Assembly (NCBI GenBank): GCA_002269645.1
Contig: NIVC01003432.1
Coordinates: forward strand, 1-64,000
Length of the DNA stretch: 64,000 nt
From: Macrostomum lignano
Taxonomy: Eukaryota
Reading direction: 5' to 3'
In this document: positions 25,225 to 39,164 of the stretch, piece after piece
How the letters are laid out: each line of letters begins with the position of its first letter
Position numbering within the stretch: the first letter of the stretch is position 1
Made by a program: the position numbers and the translations under genes
The notes under the pieces: generated by a model
Told to the model about the DNA's origin: nothing
Databases searched by the model: none
What the model saw: the letters and a program-made list of their open reading frames with translations, nothing else

Positions 25225-25718
25225 TCACACAAAGCTGCTGGTCAGATAGGGACTGCCATAGACAAAACCGCCGCGACCGCCGCCCTCAGCCGTGCGACCG
25301 CTGCCAGCGCCTGTCGATGAAGTATTGGACGAGTCAACCAAGTAGCGAACCGTTTGAAACTTCTGACTGGGAATCGCTGCTGCTGATGGCATTTCTTCTA
25401 GTAGCAAAGTTTGCTGCTGCTGTTCCTGCGAGCCGGGCCATCTGCGTCTTGTAGGCTCCGTTGATGGAGGTCGCAGACTCTTGTAGTAACTCTCCGGAAA
25501 GCTGCCGTTTTTAGCGCCCTCTGAGCTCATCGAGTTCAGTCGGCCCAGGCCGCCTCGGAAGAAGCTGGTTTTTGAATTGGCGCCAATTTCCAAGTCGGTG
25601 TCGGAGGCATCGACAGCCGCGGCGGCGTACTGCGGCAGCATCGCGGAGGCAACGTCGCTGTCCTCGCTGTTGCGACGATGCATTTGATTCTGCTGATAGC
25701 GCGGTCGCTGATAGTAGC
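25225..25718 (-). CDS. Protocadherin-like gene terminal exon 8: cytoplasmic tail ending ...GSPYLTSSFV*
   Basis: Acceptor ctccttccag| at 25719/25718 (phase 1). Open frame that includes track ORF 25225..25683. C-terminal S-F-V matches a class I PDZ ligand. Confidence 0.82.
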
Positions 25719-26165
25719 CTGGAAGGAGTTTTTAACCAGAATTTTTTGTGGGTGTGCGCTAAAATTTCTGAGCGTTAAATTACAGCTTTAAAAAATTTGC
25801 CTTATTTATTTTGATGTCTGAAAGTGTCTTAATAGGCTTGCTAAAATGTACCAAAAAGATTTGTTTAAATGCGTCACAATTATTTGTTCGAATTAATCAA
25901 AATTGTTTGTCTAATATGCGTTCTATTTTTAAAAGATCTCTAAAGTATTTGGTAACATGTGTGTTAAATATTTGTTTAAATGTGTCTCAATCGTTTGCTC
26001 TGATTTGTTTTAATTGTAGTTGTTTAACTGTGCCAAATTATTTAGTTATTTGTTTCAAATGAATCTGTATTGTGGAGCTAAGTGCTGTGTATCAGATATA
26101 TTATGATCTCTAGAATAACTTTCAATTAATAGCTATTCGATAGTTTGGATTGTAAATTTTCTCAC

Positions 26166-26223
26166 CTGACTGTTTTACAGATGAGTGCCTGTTTGCAAAA
26201 TACTGCAGTCCCGCGGTGGCGAA
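26166..26223 (-). CDS. Protocadherin-like gene exon 7: 58-nt small exon (FATAGLQYFANRHSSVKQSG)
   Basis: Acceptor aaaattcag| at 26224/26223 and donor CAG|gtgaga at 26166/26165. Open frame, and it converts phase 0 to phase 1 exactly as needed to join exons 6 and 8. Confidence 0.75.
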
Positions 26224-26316
26224 CTGAATTTTTAATTGGGAATTGCCCTGATTAAACTGACCTGACAAGTTGCGAAAAATATGGAAAGGCTTCGAGTTTG
26301 GAAATTATCGAATTGA

Positions 26317-26926
26317 GGGAAATCTCGGGGAAGGATGGGAAATCTCGGGGAAAGATGGGAAATCTCGGGGAAAGATGGGAAATCTCGGGGAAAGGTGGGA
26401 AATCTCGGGGAAAGATGGGAAATCTCGGGGAAAGATGGGAAATCTCGGGGAAAGGTGGGAAATCTCGGGGAAAGATGGGAAATCTCGGGGAAAGGTGGGA
26501 AATCTCGAGAAAGGATGGGAAATCTCGGGAAAGGATGGGAAATCTCGGGGAAAGATGGGAAATCTCGGGGAAAGATGGGAAATCTCGGGGAAAGGTGGGA
26601 AATCTCGGGGAAAGATGGGAAATCTCGGGGAAAGATGGGAAATCTCGGGGAAAGGTGGGAAATCTCGGGGAAAGGTGGGAAATCTCGGGGAAAGATGGGA
26701 AATCTCGGGGAAAGATGGGAAATCTCAGGGAAAGATGGGAAATCTCGGGGAAAGATGGGAAATCTCGGGGAAAGATGGGAAATCTCGGGGAAAGATGGGA
26801 AATCTCGGGGAAAGGTGGGAAATCTCGGGGAAAGATGGGAAATCTCAGGGAAAGATGGGAAATCTCGGGGAAAGATGGGAAATCTCGGGGAAAGATGGGA
26901 AATCTCGGGGAAAGATGGGAAATCTC
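26317..26926. repeat. 20-bp minisatellite (AATCTCGGGGAAAGATGGGA)n, about 30 copies, filling protocadherin intron 6
   Basis: Directly visible. Confidence 0.96.
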
Positions 26927-26939
26927 TCGTTAAAAGCAC

Positions 26940-27127
26940 CTCATCGTCGCTTTCGTCGGTGGCAGCTGACTTCAGCAGCGCCTGCGGCGGCGGCACTGGC
27001 ATGGAGATGAACCCCCGACCGCCCATCGCCCTGTCGGAGCGGTGCTCAGCCGTCGGGGATGTGGAGTCGTCGAAATTACCGCCGTTGTTGCTGGGGACGC
27101 CGCCAAGTCCCAGCTTCGCCAGCCATC
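26940..27127 (-). CDS. Protocadherin-like gene exon 6: cytoplasmic (GWLAKLGLGGVPSNNGGNFDDSTSPT...KSAATDESDDE)
   Basis: Acceptor aatcatcccgcag| at 27128/27127 gives the required phase 1. Donor GAG|gtgctt at 26940/26939 is phase 0. GC-rich open frame. Confidence 0.75.
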
Positions 27128-27309
27128 CTGCGGGATGATTCGGGATGAGCTGGATGGAGTTGGTGATGCTAATGACAGCCCAGACAAGCTACTGAAACTT
27201 ATTCAGTAGTATTTAAGGCATATAATATTATAATTGTAACAAATTAGTAAATTTATGCAACTTGAATTAATTTTAGATAACCTGATCGCATCCAGTCCAA
27301 TGCTGTCTG

Positions 27310-27620
27310 ATCTTATCCAATCCAATCTAATCCAATCCAATCAAATCCAATCTAATCCAATCCAATCCAATCCAATCAAATCCAATCAAATCAAATATAA
27401 TATAATCAGTTATACTAAAATATAATTTAATATTATTCAATCCAATCTAATCGACTCTAATGCAATCAAATCAAATCAAATCAAATCTAATCTAATCTAA
27501 ACTAATCTAATCTAATCTAATCTAATCTAATCTAATCTAATCTAATCTAATCTAAACTAATCTAATCTAATCTAATCTAATCTAATCTTATCTTATCTTA
27601 TCTTATCCAATCCAATCAGA
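27310..27620. repeat. Pentanucleotide microsatellite (AATCT/AATCC)n
   Basis: Directly visible. Confidence 0.9.
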
Positions 27621-28433
27621 TGCAACTAATGCAATCCGATTTAATCTAGTCTTATCTGATCGAAATTATTTGATTTAATTTAAAAAATTCACTCATATCC
27701 AATCAAACAAATTTTCAACTAATCTAAATATAAGGAATCTAATCTAACCCAAACTATTCTGATCCAATCTGATGTAATGTAGTAATATATGTTATATAAT
27801 ATACATAATTCCAGTACTAAGGCAAAAATAAATGCACTCGTATATCATTATTAATGCGGGAGAAAATAGCTTTAGTTAACGATCTAGTTAGTCATTTCGT
27901 GTCTGTGTATTACAGTATTATTTACTCTTCCATCTCTTGTCAAATTTTCACGCCTATCACCCTTGGCTTCAGTTTGTAGGAAATTGTAGCCAGGCCCTGC
28001 TAACCTGCACAGCTAACCCGAGGCCTCTAAACTCTCTTTCTCTCTCTCTCTCTCTCTACCTCTCTCTCTGCTTTGCGGTCGCTAGTTTCAGCGGATATTA
28101 AGTCGCGGTGAAGGGAAGTTACGAGTATAGGAGAGGACAGCACTTGTGTGTGCATAAGATTTGTGTGAAAAGCTGCCATGTTAGTTAGCCTGACCATTTT
28201 TTCAATTAATTTGTTGCATTCAACACCGACTCTGCTGACTCTGGTTGACGAGTTGAAATATCCCATTTCCTGTTTAAAGAGTATGTAGAAAACTACAAAC
28301 ACACAAAATTCGTGACAAGTGGGAGCTTTGTGACACGTTTGCATATTGGGAATGGCTTGGCAGTGTTAAGTGTGCTTGCACTCAGGATATTTTCATGGCT
28401 CATAGAAATTGATTTGCACAGATTTTAAAAACG

Positions 28434-29170
<737 letters not shown>

Positions 29171-29181
29171 TCAAATCTCAC

Positions 29182-29896
29182 CCCGCCGTTTCTTCCTCCC
29201 TCTCGCCAGTCCGTCCCCGGTCGCACGTCGGGACCCTCCGACGCCACGGGCCGCCCCGTCCTGCGAATTCTCGGCCGCCGCCTGGCCCGGCAGCTGCAGG
29301 TAGTAGCAGAAGTACGCCAGCAGCAGCACAACGCACAGCAGCACCAGGAATGACAGGCCGACACAGACTGTCACCACCACGAGGTCGTGAGCGCCGCTGT
29401 CGCTGCCGCCGCCGTCCAGTCCGCGGTTTCGACCTGCGTCCCCTGCAGGCTGCCCGTCGCTGACGCCCTCGCCGCCTTCCCCCCTCCTGGGCTGCTGTCC
29501 AGTGAACCTGACCGTCAGACTCTGCTGGCTGCTCCGTCGAGCCGAAGCCAGCGGCCCGGCGTCCTCGGCGCGCACCGTCAGTTTGCAGACGCGACTGTCG
29601 GCAAAACGAATTGGTGGCGATTGGCGAAGCACCAGCAAGCCGCTGCTGGGGTTCAGGTGGAACAGGCTGACGTCGCAGAACGGCATCGAGACTGCGTTAG
29701 TTGTCGAAGCAATGACGTTGGTGTCAGCGGCGCCCAGGAGGCTGTACACCAGCCGGCCGTTGTCGCCGAAGTCGGCGTCATCGGCGCTGATCATGGCGAG
29801 CTCCGCGCCTGGCCGCTCGTGGACGCTGACGTTCAAAGTTGAATTGCGATTGGAGGGGAACAGAAATCTGGGGGAGTTGTCGTTCTCGTCCAGGAC
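29182..29896 (-). CDS. Protocadherin-like gene exon 5: EC7, transmembrane helix and juxtamembrane tail
   Basis: [24 protein letters not shown] and AEDAG motifs. Hydrophobic stretch [29 protein letters not shown]. Acceptor cgcccag| at 29897/29896 and donor CGGG|gtgaga at 29182/29181 (phase 1). Confidence 0.93.
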
Positions 29897-29934
29897 CTGG
29901 GCGGCGAAGATGGGATTGGTTGGTTAGGTTGCCT

Positions 29935-30547
29935 CCACACTTCCCCACACCGGACCCACACTTCCCCACACCGGACCCACACTTCCCCATACCGGACCCA
30001 CACTTCCCCATACCCAACCCACACTTCCCCACACCGGACCCACACTTCCCCATACCCAACCCACACTTCCCCATACCGGACCCACACTTTCCCATACCGG
30101 ACCCACACTTCCCCATACCGGACCCACACTTTCCCATACCGGACCCACACTTCCCCATACCGGACCCACACTTCCCCATACCGGACCCACACTTCCCCAT
30201 ACCCAACCCACACTTCCCCATACCGGACCCACACTTCCCCATACCCAACCCACACTTCCCCATACCGGACCCACACTTCCCCATACCGGACCCACACTTC
30301 CCCATACCGGACCCACACTTCCCCATACCCGACCCACACTTCCCCATACCGGACCCACACTTCCCCATACCGGACCCACACTTCCCCATACCGGACCCAC
30401 ACTTCTTCATACCGGACCCACACTTCCCCATACCTGACCCACACTTCTTCATACCCGACTCACACTTCCCCATACCGGACCCACACTTCTTCATACCCGA
30501 CCCACACTTCCCCATACCGGACCCACACTTCCCCATACCGGACCCAC
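29935..30547. repeat. 21-bp minisatellite (CACACTTCCCCATACCGGACC)n
   Basis: Directly visible. Confidence 0.96.
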
Positions 30548-30585
30548 AATAGCTCACAGAGCGAACACAAAACCCATTTAACAAA

Positions 30586-30829
30586 ACTCAACCACCGGAA
30601 TCACTCTAAATCACCTGAGCCTCACCTGAATCACACTCAACCACCGGAATCACTCTAAATCACCTGAGCCTCACCTGAATCACACTCAACCACCGGAATC
30701 ACTCTAAATCACCTGAGCCTCACCTGAATCACACTCAACCACCGGAATCACTCTAAATCACCTGAGCCTCACCTGAATCACACTCAACCACCGGAATCAC
30801 TCTAAATCACCTGAGCCTCACCTGAATCA
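30586..30829 (-). repeat. 49-bp x5 tandem repeat that contains the exon-4 splice donor
   Basis: Unit starts at 30586, 30635, 30684, 30733 and 30782. Each unit contains GATTCAG|GTGAGG on the minus strand. Confidence 0.95.
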
Positions 30830-31304
30830 GCACCTCGGCAGTAGTCCACCTCGGTGGACTGCCGTGATCCATGGCCTTCACAAACAGCCTGTGACTGTTG
30901 CTTCTTTCCCTATCCAACTGCCTGGCAACCAGCTTGATTCCTCCGTCGGGCAAAACTCGAAACATCGAGTTCGGCTTAGCCAACGAAAATGTCACCCGAC
31001 CATTGACGCCTTCGTCGTTGTCCTTGGCAACCAACTGCCCAATCAGCGAACCGAACTGCGAGTTCTCGGGCACTTTGAATGTAAAATTTCCGGATTGAGT
31101 GCCCAGGAAAACGGGCGAACAGTCGTTCTGATCTTTGATGTCGATTCGAACTCCGATGGCAGCGGACAGCTCCGGTTTTCGGGCATCGTGAGCTGTTACT
31201 GTGCAGGCGATGCTGGAGTTGAGCTCTCGGTCGAATGAGACTCGAGTGTACAGGCTGCCGTTTCGTGGCCCGATGCCCAGGTAGGGGAAGCACTGGTCTG
31301 ACAC
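30822..31304 (-). CDS. Protocadherin-like gene exon 4: end of EC5 and most of EC6
   Basis: FDRE, KDQNDCSP, VPENS, AKDNDEGVNG, LDRE and AMDHGSPP motifs. Acceptor acctcag| at 31305/31304 and donor CAG|gtgagg at 30822/30821. 483 nt, phase 0-0. Confidence 0.95.
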
Positions 31305-31324
31305 CTGAGGTAGTAGGAGACAAG

Positions 31325-32905
31325 CTTAATATTCGATTCTGGAGCTTAATCCTCAATTCTGAAGCTGAATATTCGATTCTGGAGCTGAATATTCGATTCT
31401 GATTCGGAATATTCGATTCTGGAGCTGAATATTCGATTCTGGAGCTGAATATTCGATTCTGGAGCTGAATATTCGATTCTGGAGCTGAATATTCGATTCT
31501 GGAGCTGAATATTCGATTCTGGAGCTGAATATTCGATTCTGGAGCTGAATATTCGATTCTGGAGCTGAATATTCGATTCTGGAGCTTAATATTCGATTCT
31601 GGAGCTGAATATTCGATTCTGGAGCTGAATATTCGATTCTGGAGCTGAATACTCGATTCGGGAGCTGAATATTCGATTCTGGAGCAGAATTTTCGATTCT
31701 GGAGCTGCATTTTCGATTCTGGAGCTGAATATTCGATTCTGGAGCTTAATATTCAATTCTGGAGCTGAATATTCGATTCTGGAGCTGAATATTCGATTCT
31801 GGAGCTGAATATTCGATTCTGGAGCTGAATATTCGATTCTGGAGCTGAATATTCGATTCTGGAGCTGAATATTCGATTCTGGAGCTGAATATTCGATTCT
31901 GGAGCTGAATATTCGATTCTGGAGCTGAATATTCGATTCTGGAGCTGAATACTCGATTCGGGAGCTGAATATTCGATTCTGGAGCAGAATTTTCGATTCT
32001 GGAGCTGCATTTTCGATTCTGGAGCTGAATATTCGATTCTGGAGCTGCATTTTCGATTCTGGAGCTGAATATTCGATTCTGGAGCTAATATTCGATTCTG
32101 GAGCTGAATATTCGATTCTGATTCGGAATATTCGATTCTGGAGCTGAATATTCGATTCTGGAGCTAAATATTCGATTCTGAAGCTGAATATTCGATTCTG
32201 AAGCTGAATATTCGATTCTGGAACTTAATATTCGATTCTGAAGCTGAATATTCGATTCTGAAGCTGAATATTCGATTCTGGAGCTGAATATTCGATTCGG
32301 GAGCTGAATATTCGATTCTGGAGCTGAATATTCGATTCTGGAGCTGAATATTCGATTCTGGAGCTGCATTTTCGATTCTGGAGCTGAATTTTCGATTCTG
32401 GAGCTGAATATTCGATTCTGGAGCTGAATATTCGATTCGGGAGCTGAATATTCGATTCTGGAGCTGAATATTCGATTCTGGAGCTAATATTCGATTCTGG
32501 AGATGAATATTCGATTCTGGAGCTGAATATTCGATTCTGGAGCTGAATATTCGATTCTGGAGCTGAATATTCAATTCTGGAGCTGAATTTTCGATTCTGG
32601 AGCTGAATATTCGATTCTGAAGTTGAATATTCAATTCTGGAGCTGAATATTCGATTCTGGAGCTGAATATTCAATTCTGGAGCTTAATATTCGATTCTGG
32701 AGCTGAATATTCGATTCTGGAGCTTAATATTCAATTCTGGAGCTGAATATTCGATTCTGGAGCTGAATATTCAATTCTGAAGCTGCATATTCGATTCTGA
32801 AGCTGCATATTCGATTCTGGAGCTGAATATTCAATTCTAAAGCTGAATATTCGATTCTGGAGCTGAATATTCGATTCTGGAGCCTAATATCCGATACTGG
32901 AACTT
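31325..32905. repeat. 20-bp minisatellite (TTCGATTCTGGAGCTGAATA)n filling intron 3
   Basis: Directly visible. Confidence 0.97.
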
Positions 32906-32942
32906 AATTACTGTACTTAGGTTTCATAGTTTACCTACTTAC

Positions 32943-33452
32943 CTGATACACCGTCAGCGCATTTTCCCCTTCGTCCTCATCCTGAGCCAGCAAGCTGCCA
33001 ATCACAGTGCCAGCTGGTTGGTTCTCTGACACCTGCATCGTCTCGTGGCTTTTCAAAAATCTCGGCGGCGAATCGTTGACGTCCTGGACTCGAATCGGGA
33101 TGTTGCTAGTCGCACTCAACCCGGCCGAATCGTGGCAGACGAGCCGCAGGCTGTACTCGGAGACCCGCTCCCGGTCCAATGGGCGGATGTTCCTCAGGAT
33201 GTACCGCAGTCGGCTGGGATTGTCCCGGTGGCCGCCGGAGGCTGCATCCGGTTGCAGAGCGAACGCGTCCTGCGCCTGGTTGAACTCGCTCACCTCGCAG
33301 TCGAGGCGTCGGTTCCGTTCGTCGACATCCTTGTCGGTGATGTCGATCAGAGCCAGAATGGTCGGTGGCTGATTCTCCAACACCGACACGACGGGAGCTG
33401 ATGGCACTGGCGACACCTTGATATCAGGAGCATTGTCATTGACGTCCTCCAC
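32943..33452 (-). CDS. Protocadherin-like gene exon 3: EC4 and start of EC5
   Basis: VEDVNDNAP, VLENQP, DKD, LDRE, QDVNDSPP, VSENQP and QDEDEGEN motifs. Acceptor cccgtag| at 33453/33452 and donor CAG|gtaagt at 32943/32942. 510 nt, phase 0-0. Confidence 0.95.
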
Positions 33453-33472
33453 CTACGGGTCGTTCGGGATAG

Positions 33473-36400
33473 AGCATCACTCACTCTAGCATCACTCACT
33501 CCAGCATCACTCACTCCAGCATCACTCACTCCAGCATCACTCACTCCAGCATCACTCACTCCAGCATCACTCACTCCAGCATCACTCACTACAGCATCAC
33601 TCACTCCAGAATCACTCACTTCAGCATCACTCACTCCAGCATCACTCACTTCAGCATCACTCACTTCAGCATCACTCACTCCAGCATCAGTCACTCCAGC
33701 ATCACTCACTACAGCATCACTCACTCCAGCATCAGTCACTCCAGCATCACTCACTTCAGCATCACTCACTCCAGCATCACTCACTTCAGCATCACTCACT
33801 CCAGCATCACTCACTCCAGCATCACTCACTCCAGCATCACTCACTCCAGCATCAGTCACTCCAGCATCACTCACTACAGCATCACTCACTCCAGCATCAC
33901 TCACTCCAGCATCACTCACTCCAGCATCACTCACTACAGCATCACTCACTCCAGCATCACTCACTCCAGCATCACTCACTCCAGCATCACTCACTACAGC
34001 ATCATTCACTCCAGCATCACTCACTCCAGCAACACTCACTACAGCATCACTCACTCCAGCATCACTCACTCCAGCATCACTCACTCCAGCATCACTCACT
34101 CCAGCATCACTCACTCCAGCATCACTCACTCCAGCATCACTCACTCCAGCATCACTCACTACAGCATCACTCACTACAGCATCACTCACTACAGCAACAC
34201 TCACTACAGCATCACTAACTCCAGCATCACTCACTCCAGCATCACTCACTCCAGCATCACTCACTCCAGCATCACTCACTCCAGCATCACTCACTCCAGC
34301 ATCACTCACTCCAGCATCACTCACTCCAGCATCACTCACTCCAGCATCACTCACTCCAGCATCACTCACTCCAGCATCACTCACTCCAGCATCACTCACT
34401 ACAGCATCATTCACTCCAGCATCACTCACTCCAGCATCACTCACTCCAGCATCACTCACTCCAGCATCACTCACTCCAGCATCACTCACTCCAGCATCAC
34501 TCACTCCAGCATCACTCACTCCAGCATCACTCACTCCAGCATCACTCACTCCAGCATCACTCACTCCAGCATCACTCACTCCAGCATCACTCACTCCAGC
34601 ATCACTCACTCCAGCATCACTCACTCCAGCATCACTCACTCCAGCATCACTCACTCCAGCATCACTCACTCCAGCATCACTCACTCCAGCATCACTCACT
34701 CCAGCATCACTCACTCCAGCATCACTCACTCCAGCATCACTCACTCCAGCATCACTCACTCCAGCATCACTCACTCCAGCATCACTCACTCCAGCATCAC
34801 TCACTCCAGCATCACTCACTCCAGCATCACTCACTCCAGCATCACTCACTCCAGCATCACTCACTCCAGCATCACTCACTCCAGCATCACTCACTCCAGC
34901 ATCACTCACTCCAGCATCACTCACTCCAGCATCACTCACTCCAGCATCACTCACTCCAGCATCACTCACTCAGCATCACTCACTCCAGCATCACTCACTC
35001 CAGCATCACTCACTACAGCATCACTCACTCCAGCATCACTCACTCCAGCATCACTCACTCCAGCATCACTCACTCCAGCATCACTCACTCCAGCATCACT
35101 CACTCCAGCATCACTCACTCCAGCATCACTCACTCCAGCATCACTCACTCCAGCATCACTCACTCCAGCATCACTCACTCCAGCATCACTCACTCCAGCA
35201 TCACTCACTCCAGCATCACTCACTCCAGCATCACTCACTCCAGCATCACTCACTCCAGCATCACTCACTCCAGCATCACTCACTCCAGCATCACTCACTT
35301 CCAGCATCACTCACTCCAGCATCACTCACTCCAGCATCACTCACTCCAGCATCACTCACTCCAGCATCACTCACTCCAGCATCACTCACTCCAGCATCAC
35401 TCACTCCAGCATCACTCACTCCAGCATCACTCACTCCAGCATCACTCACTCCAGCATCACTCACTCCAGCATCACTCACTCCAGCATCACTCACTCCAGC
35501 ATCACTCACTCCAGCATCACTCACTCCAGCATCACTCACTCCAGCATCACTCACTCCAGCATCACTCACTCCAGCATCACTCACTCCAGCATCACTCACT
35601 CCAGCATCACTCACTCCAGCATCACTCACTCCAGCATCACTCACTCCAGCATCACTCACTCCAGCATCACTCACTCCAGCATCACTCACTCCAGCATCAC
35701 TCACTACAGCATCACTCACTCCAGCATCACTCACTCCAGCATCACTCACTCCAGCATCACTCACTACAGCATCACTCACTCCAGCATCACTCACTCCAGC
35801 ATCACTCACTCCAGCATCACTCACTACAGCATCATTCACTCCAGCATCACTCACTCCAGCAACACTCACTACAGCATCACTACTCCAGCATCACTCACTC
35901 CAGCATCACTCACTCCAGCATCACTCACTCCAGCATCACTCACTCAGCATCACTCACTCCAGCATCACTCACTCCAGCATCACTCACTCCAGCATCACTC
36001 ACTCCAGCATCACTCACTCCAGCATCACTCACTCCAGCATCACTCACTACAGCATCACTCACTCCAGCATCACTCACTCCAGCATCACTCACTCCAGCAT
36101 CACTCACTCCAGCATCACTCACTACAGCATCACTCACTCCAGCATCACTCACTCCAGCATCACTCACTACAGCATCACTCACTACAGCATCATTCACTCC
36201 AGCATCACTCACTCCAGCAACACTCACTACAGCATCACTACTCCAGCATCACTCACTCCAGCATCACTCACTCCAGCATCACTCACTCCAGCATCACTCA
36301 CTCCAGCATCACTCACTCCAGCATCACTCACTCCAGCATCACTCACTACAGCATCACTCACTCCAGCATCACTCACTCCAGCATCACTCACTACAGCATC

Positions 36401-38738
36401 ACTCACTACAGCATCACTCACTCCAGCATCACTCACTCCAGCATCACTCACTCCAGCATCACTCACTCCAGCATCACTCACTCCAGCATCACTCACTCCA
36501 GCATCACTCACTCCAGCATCACTCACTCCAGCATCACTCACTACAGCATCATTCACTCCAGCATCACTCACTCCAGCATCACTCACTCCAGCATCACTCA
36601 CTCCAGCATCACTCACTCCAGCATCACTCACTCCAGCATCACTCACTCCAGCATCACTCACTCCAGCATCACTCACTCCAGCATCACTCACTCCAGCATC
36701 ACTCACTCCAGCATCACTCACTCCAGCATCACTCACTCCAGCATCACTCACTCCAGCATCACTCACTCCAGCATCACTCACTCCAGCATCACTCACTCCA
36801 GCATCACTCACTCCAGCATCACTCACTCCAGCATCACTCACTCCAGCATCACTCACTCCAGCATCACTCACTCCAGCATCACTCACTCCAGCATCACTCA
36901 CTCCAGCATCACTCACTCCAGCATCACTCACTCCAGCATCACTCACTCCAGCATCACTCACTCCAGCATCACTCACTCCAGCATCACTCACTCCAGCATC
37001 ACTCACTCCAGCATCACTCACTCCAGCATCACTCACTCCAGCATCACTCACTCCAGCATCACTCACTCCAGCATCACTCACTCCAGCATCACTCACTCCA
37101 GCATCACTCACTCCAGCATCACTCACTCCAGCATCACTCACTCCAGCATCACTCACTCCAGCATCACTCACTCCAGCATCACTCACTCCAGCATCACTCA
37201 CTCAGCATCACTCACTCCAGCATCACTCACTCCAGCATCACTCACTCCAGCATCACTCACTCCAGCATCACTCACTCCAGCATCACTCACTCCAGCATCA
37301 CTCACTCCAGCATCACTCACTCCAGCATCACTCACTCCAGCATCACTCACTCCAGCATCACTCACTCCAGCATCACTCACTCCAGCATCACTCACTCCAG
37401 CATCACTCACTCCAGCATCACTCACTCCAGCATCACTCACTCCAGCATCACTCACTCCAGCATCACTCACTCCAGCATCACTCACTCCAGCATCACTCAC
37501 TCCAGCATCACTCACTCAGCATCACTCACTCCAGCATCACTCACTCCAGCATCACTCACTCCAGCATCACTCACTCCAGCATCACTCACTCCAGCATCAC
37601 TCACTCCAGCATCACTCACTCCAGCATCACTCACTCCAGCATCACTCACTCCAGCATCACTCACTCCAGCATCACTCACTCCAGCATCACTCACTCCAGC
37701 ATCACTCACTCCAGCATCACTCACTCCAGCATCACTCACTCCAGCATCACTCACTCCAGCATCACTCACTCCAGCATCACTCACTCCAGCATCACTCACT
37801 CCAGCATCACTCACTCCAGCATCACTCACTCCAGCATCACTCACTACAGCATCATTCACTCCAGCATCACTCACTCCAGCAACACTCACTACAGCATCAC
37901 TAACTCCAGCATCACTCACTCCAGCATCACTCACTCCAGCATCACTCACTCCAGCATCACTCACTACAGCATCACTCACTCCAGCATCACTCACTCCAGC
38001 ATCACTCACTCCAGCATCACTCACTCCAGCATCACTCACTCCAGCATCACTCACTCCAGCATCACTCACTCCAGCATCACTCACTCCAGCATCACTCACT
38101 CCAGCATCACTCACTCCAGCATCACTCACTCCAGCATCACTCACTCCAGCATCACTCACTCCAGCATCACTCACTCCAGCATCACTCACTCCAGCATCAC
38201 TCACTACAGCATCACTCACTCCAGCATCACTCACTCCAGCATCACTCACTCCAGCATCACTCACTCCAGCATCACTCACTCCAGCATCACTCACTTCAGC
38301 ATCACTCACTCCAGCATCACTCACTCCAGCATCACTCACTCCAGCATCACTCACTCCAGCATCACTCACTCCAGCATCACTCACTCCAGCATCACTCACT
38401 ACAGCATCACTCACTCCAGCATCACTCACTCCAGCATCACTCACTCCAGCATCAGTCACTCCAGCATCACTCACTCCAGCATCACTCACTCCAGCATCAC
38501 TCACTCCAGCATCACTCACTCCAGCATCACTCACTCCAGCATCACTCACTCCAGCATCACTCACTCCAGCATCACTCACTCCAGCATCACTCACTCCAGC
38601 ATCACTCACTCCAGCATCACTCACTCCAGCATCACTCACTCCAGCATCACTCACTCCAGCATCACTCACTCCAGCATCACTCACTCCAGCATCACTCACT
38701 CCAGCATCACTCACTCCAGCATCACTCACTCCAGCAAC
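33473..38738. repeat. 5.3-kb 15-bp minisatellite (CCAGCATCACTCACT)n, about 350 copies
   Basis: Directly visible, very homogeneous. Confidence 0.98.
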
Positions 38739-39164
38739 ATTCAAATAGTTAAATAAATCAAACTTTCTGCATTTTCATAATTTTCTATCTTTATTGCAGC
38801 AATTAGCGATACCGATATTTGTCCGGAACAAAGCAAAAAAAATCTTTCTGCTTCAGCAAATCGGCTTAGCGAACCGTGATCTCCCGAGCCTTGGGAGCTA
38901 ATGCTAAAATCTATAATCTTCCCAACACTGGGAGTCAGGTAATCCTATCACGTTTAACTGGATCTTTTCGACATCTGTGGCTAAAAAAGTTTTACAATTC
39001 AACTCCCAATGCTTTGCTGTGAAAAATCTGATTTTTTACGCATTAAAAATTTCTTGGATTGTCAAAGGATATGGTTGATCTTATGGGATTTAACAGCATT
39101 GGATTTTCGCTTCGTTTAGTGTCAGCTGTGGATAAAATTGTTTACAGAACTTCCGACTTATGAG

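Noticed and set aside
33347-38744. Long (SDAGV)n ORFs, one fused in frame to the region of a cadherin exon
   Set aside because: Translation of the 15-bp array. The frames are broken by 1-nt indels, and the cadherin exon has its own acceptor in another frame.
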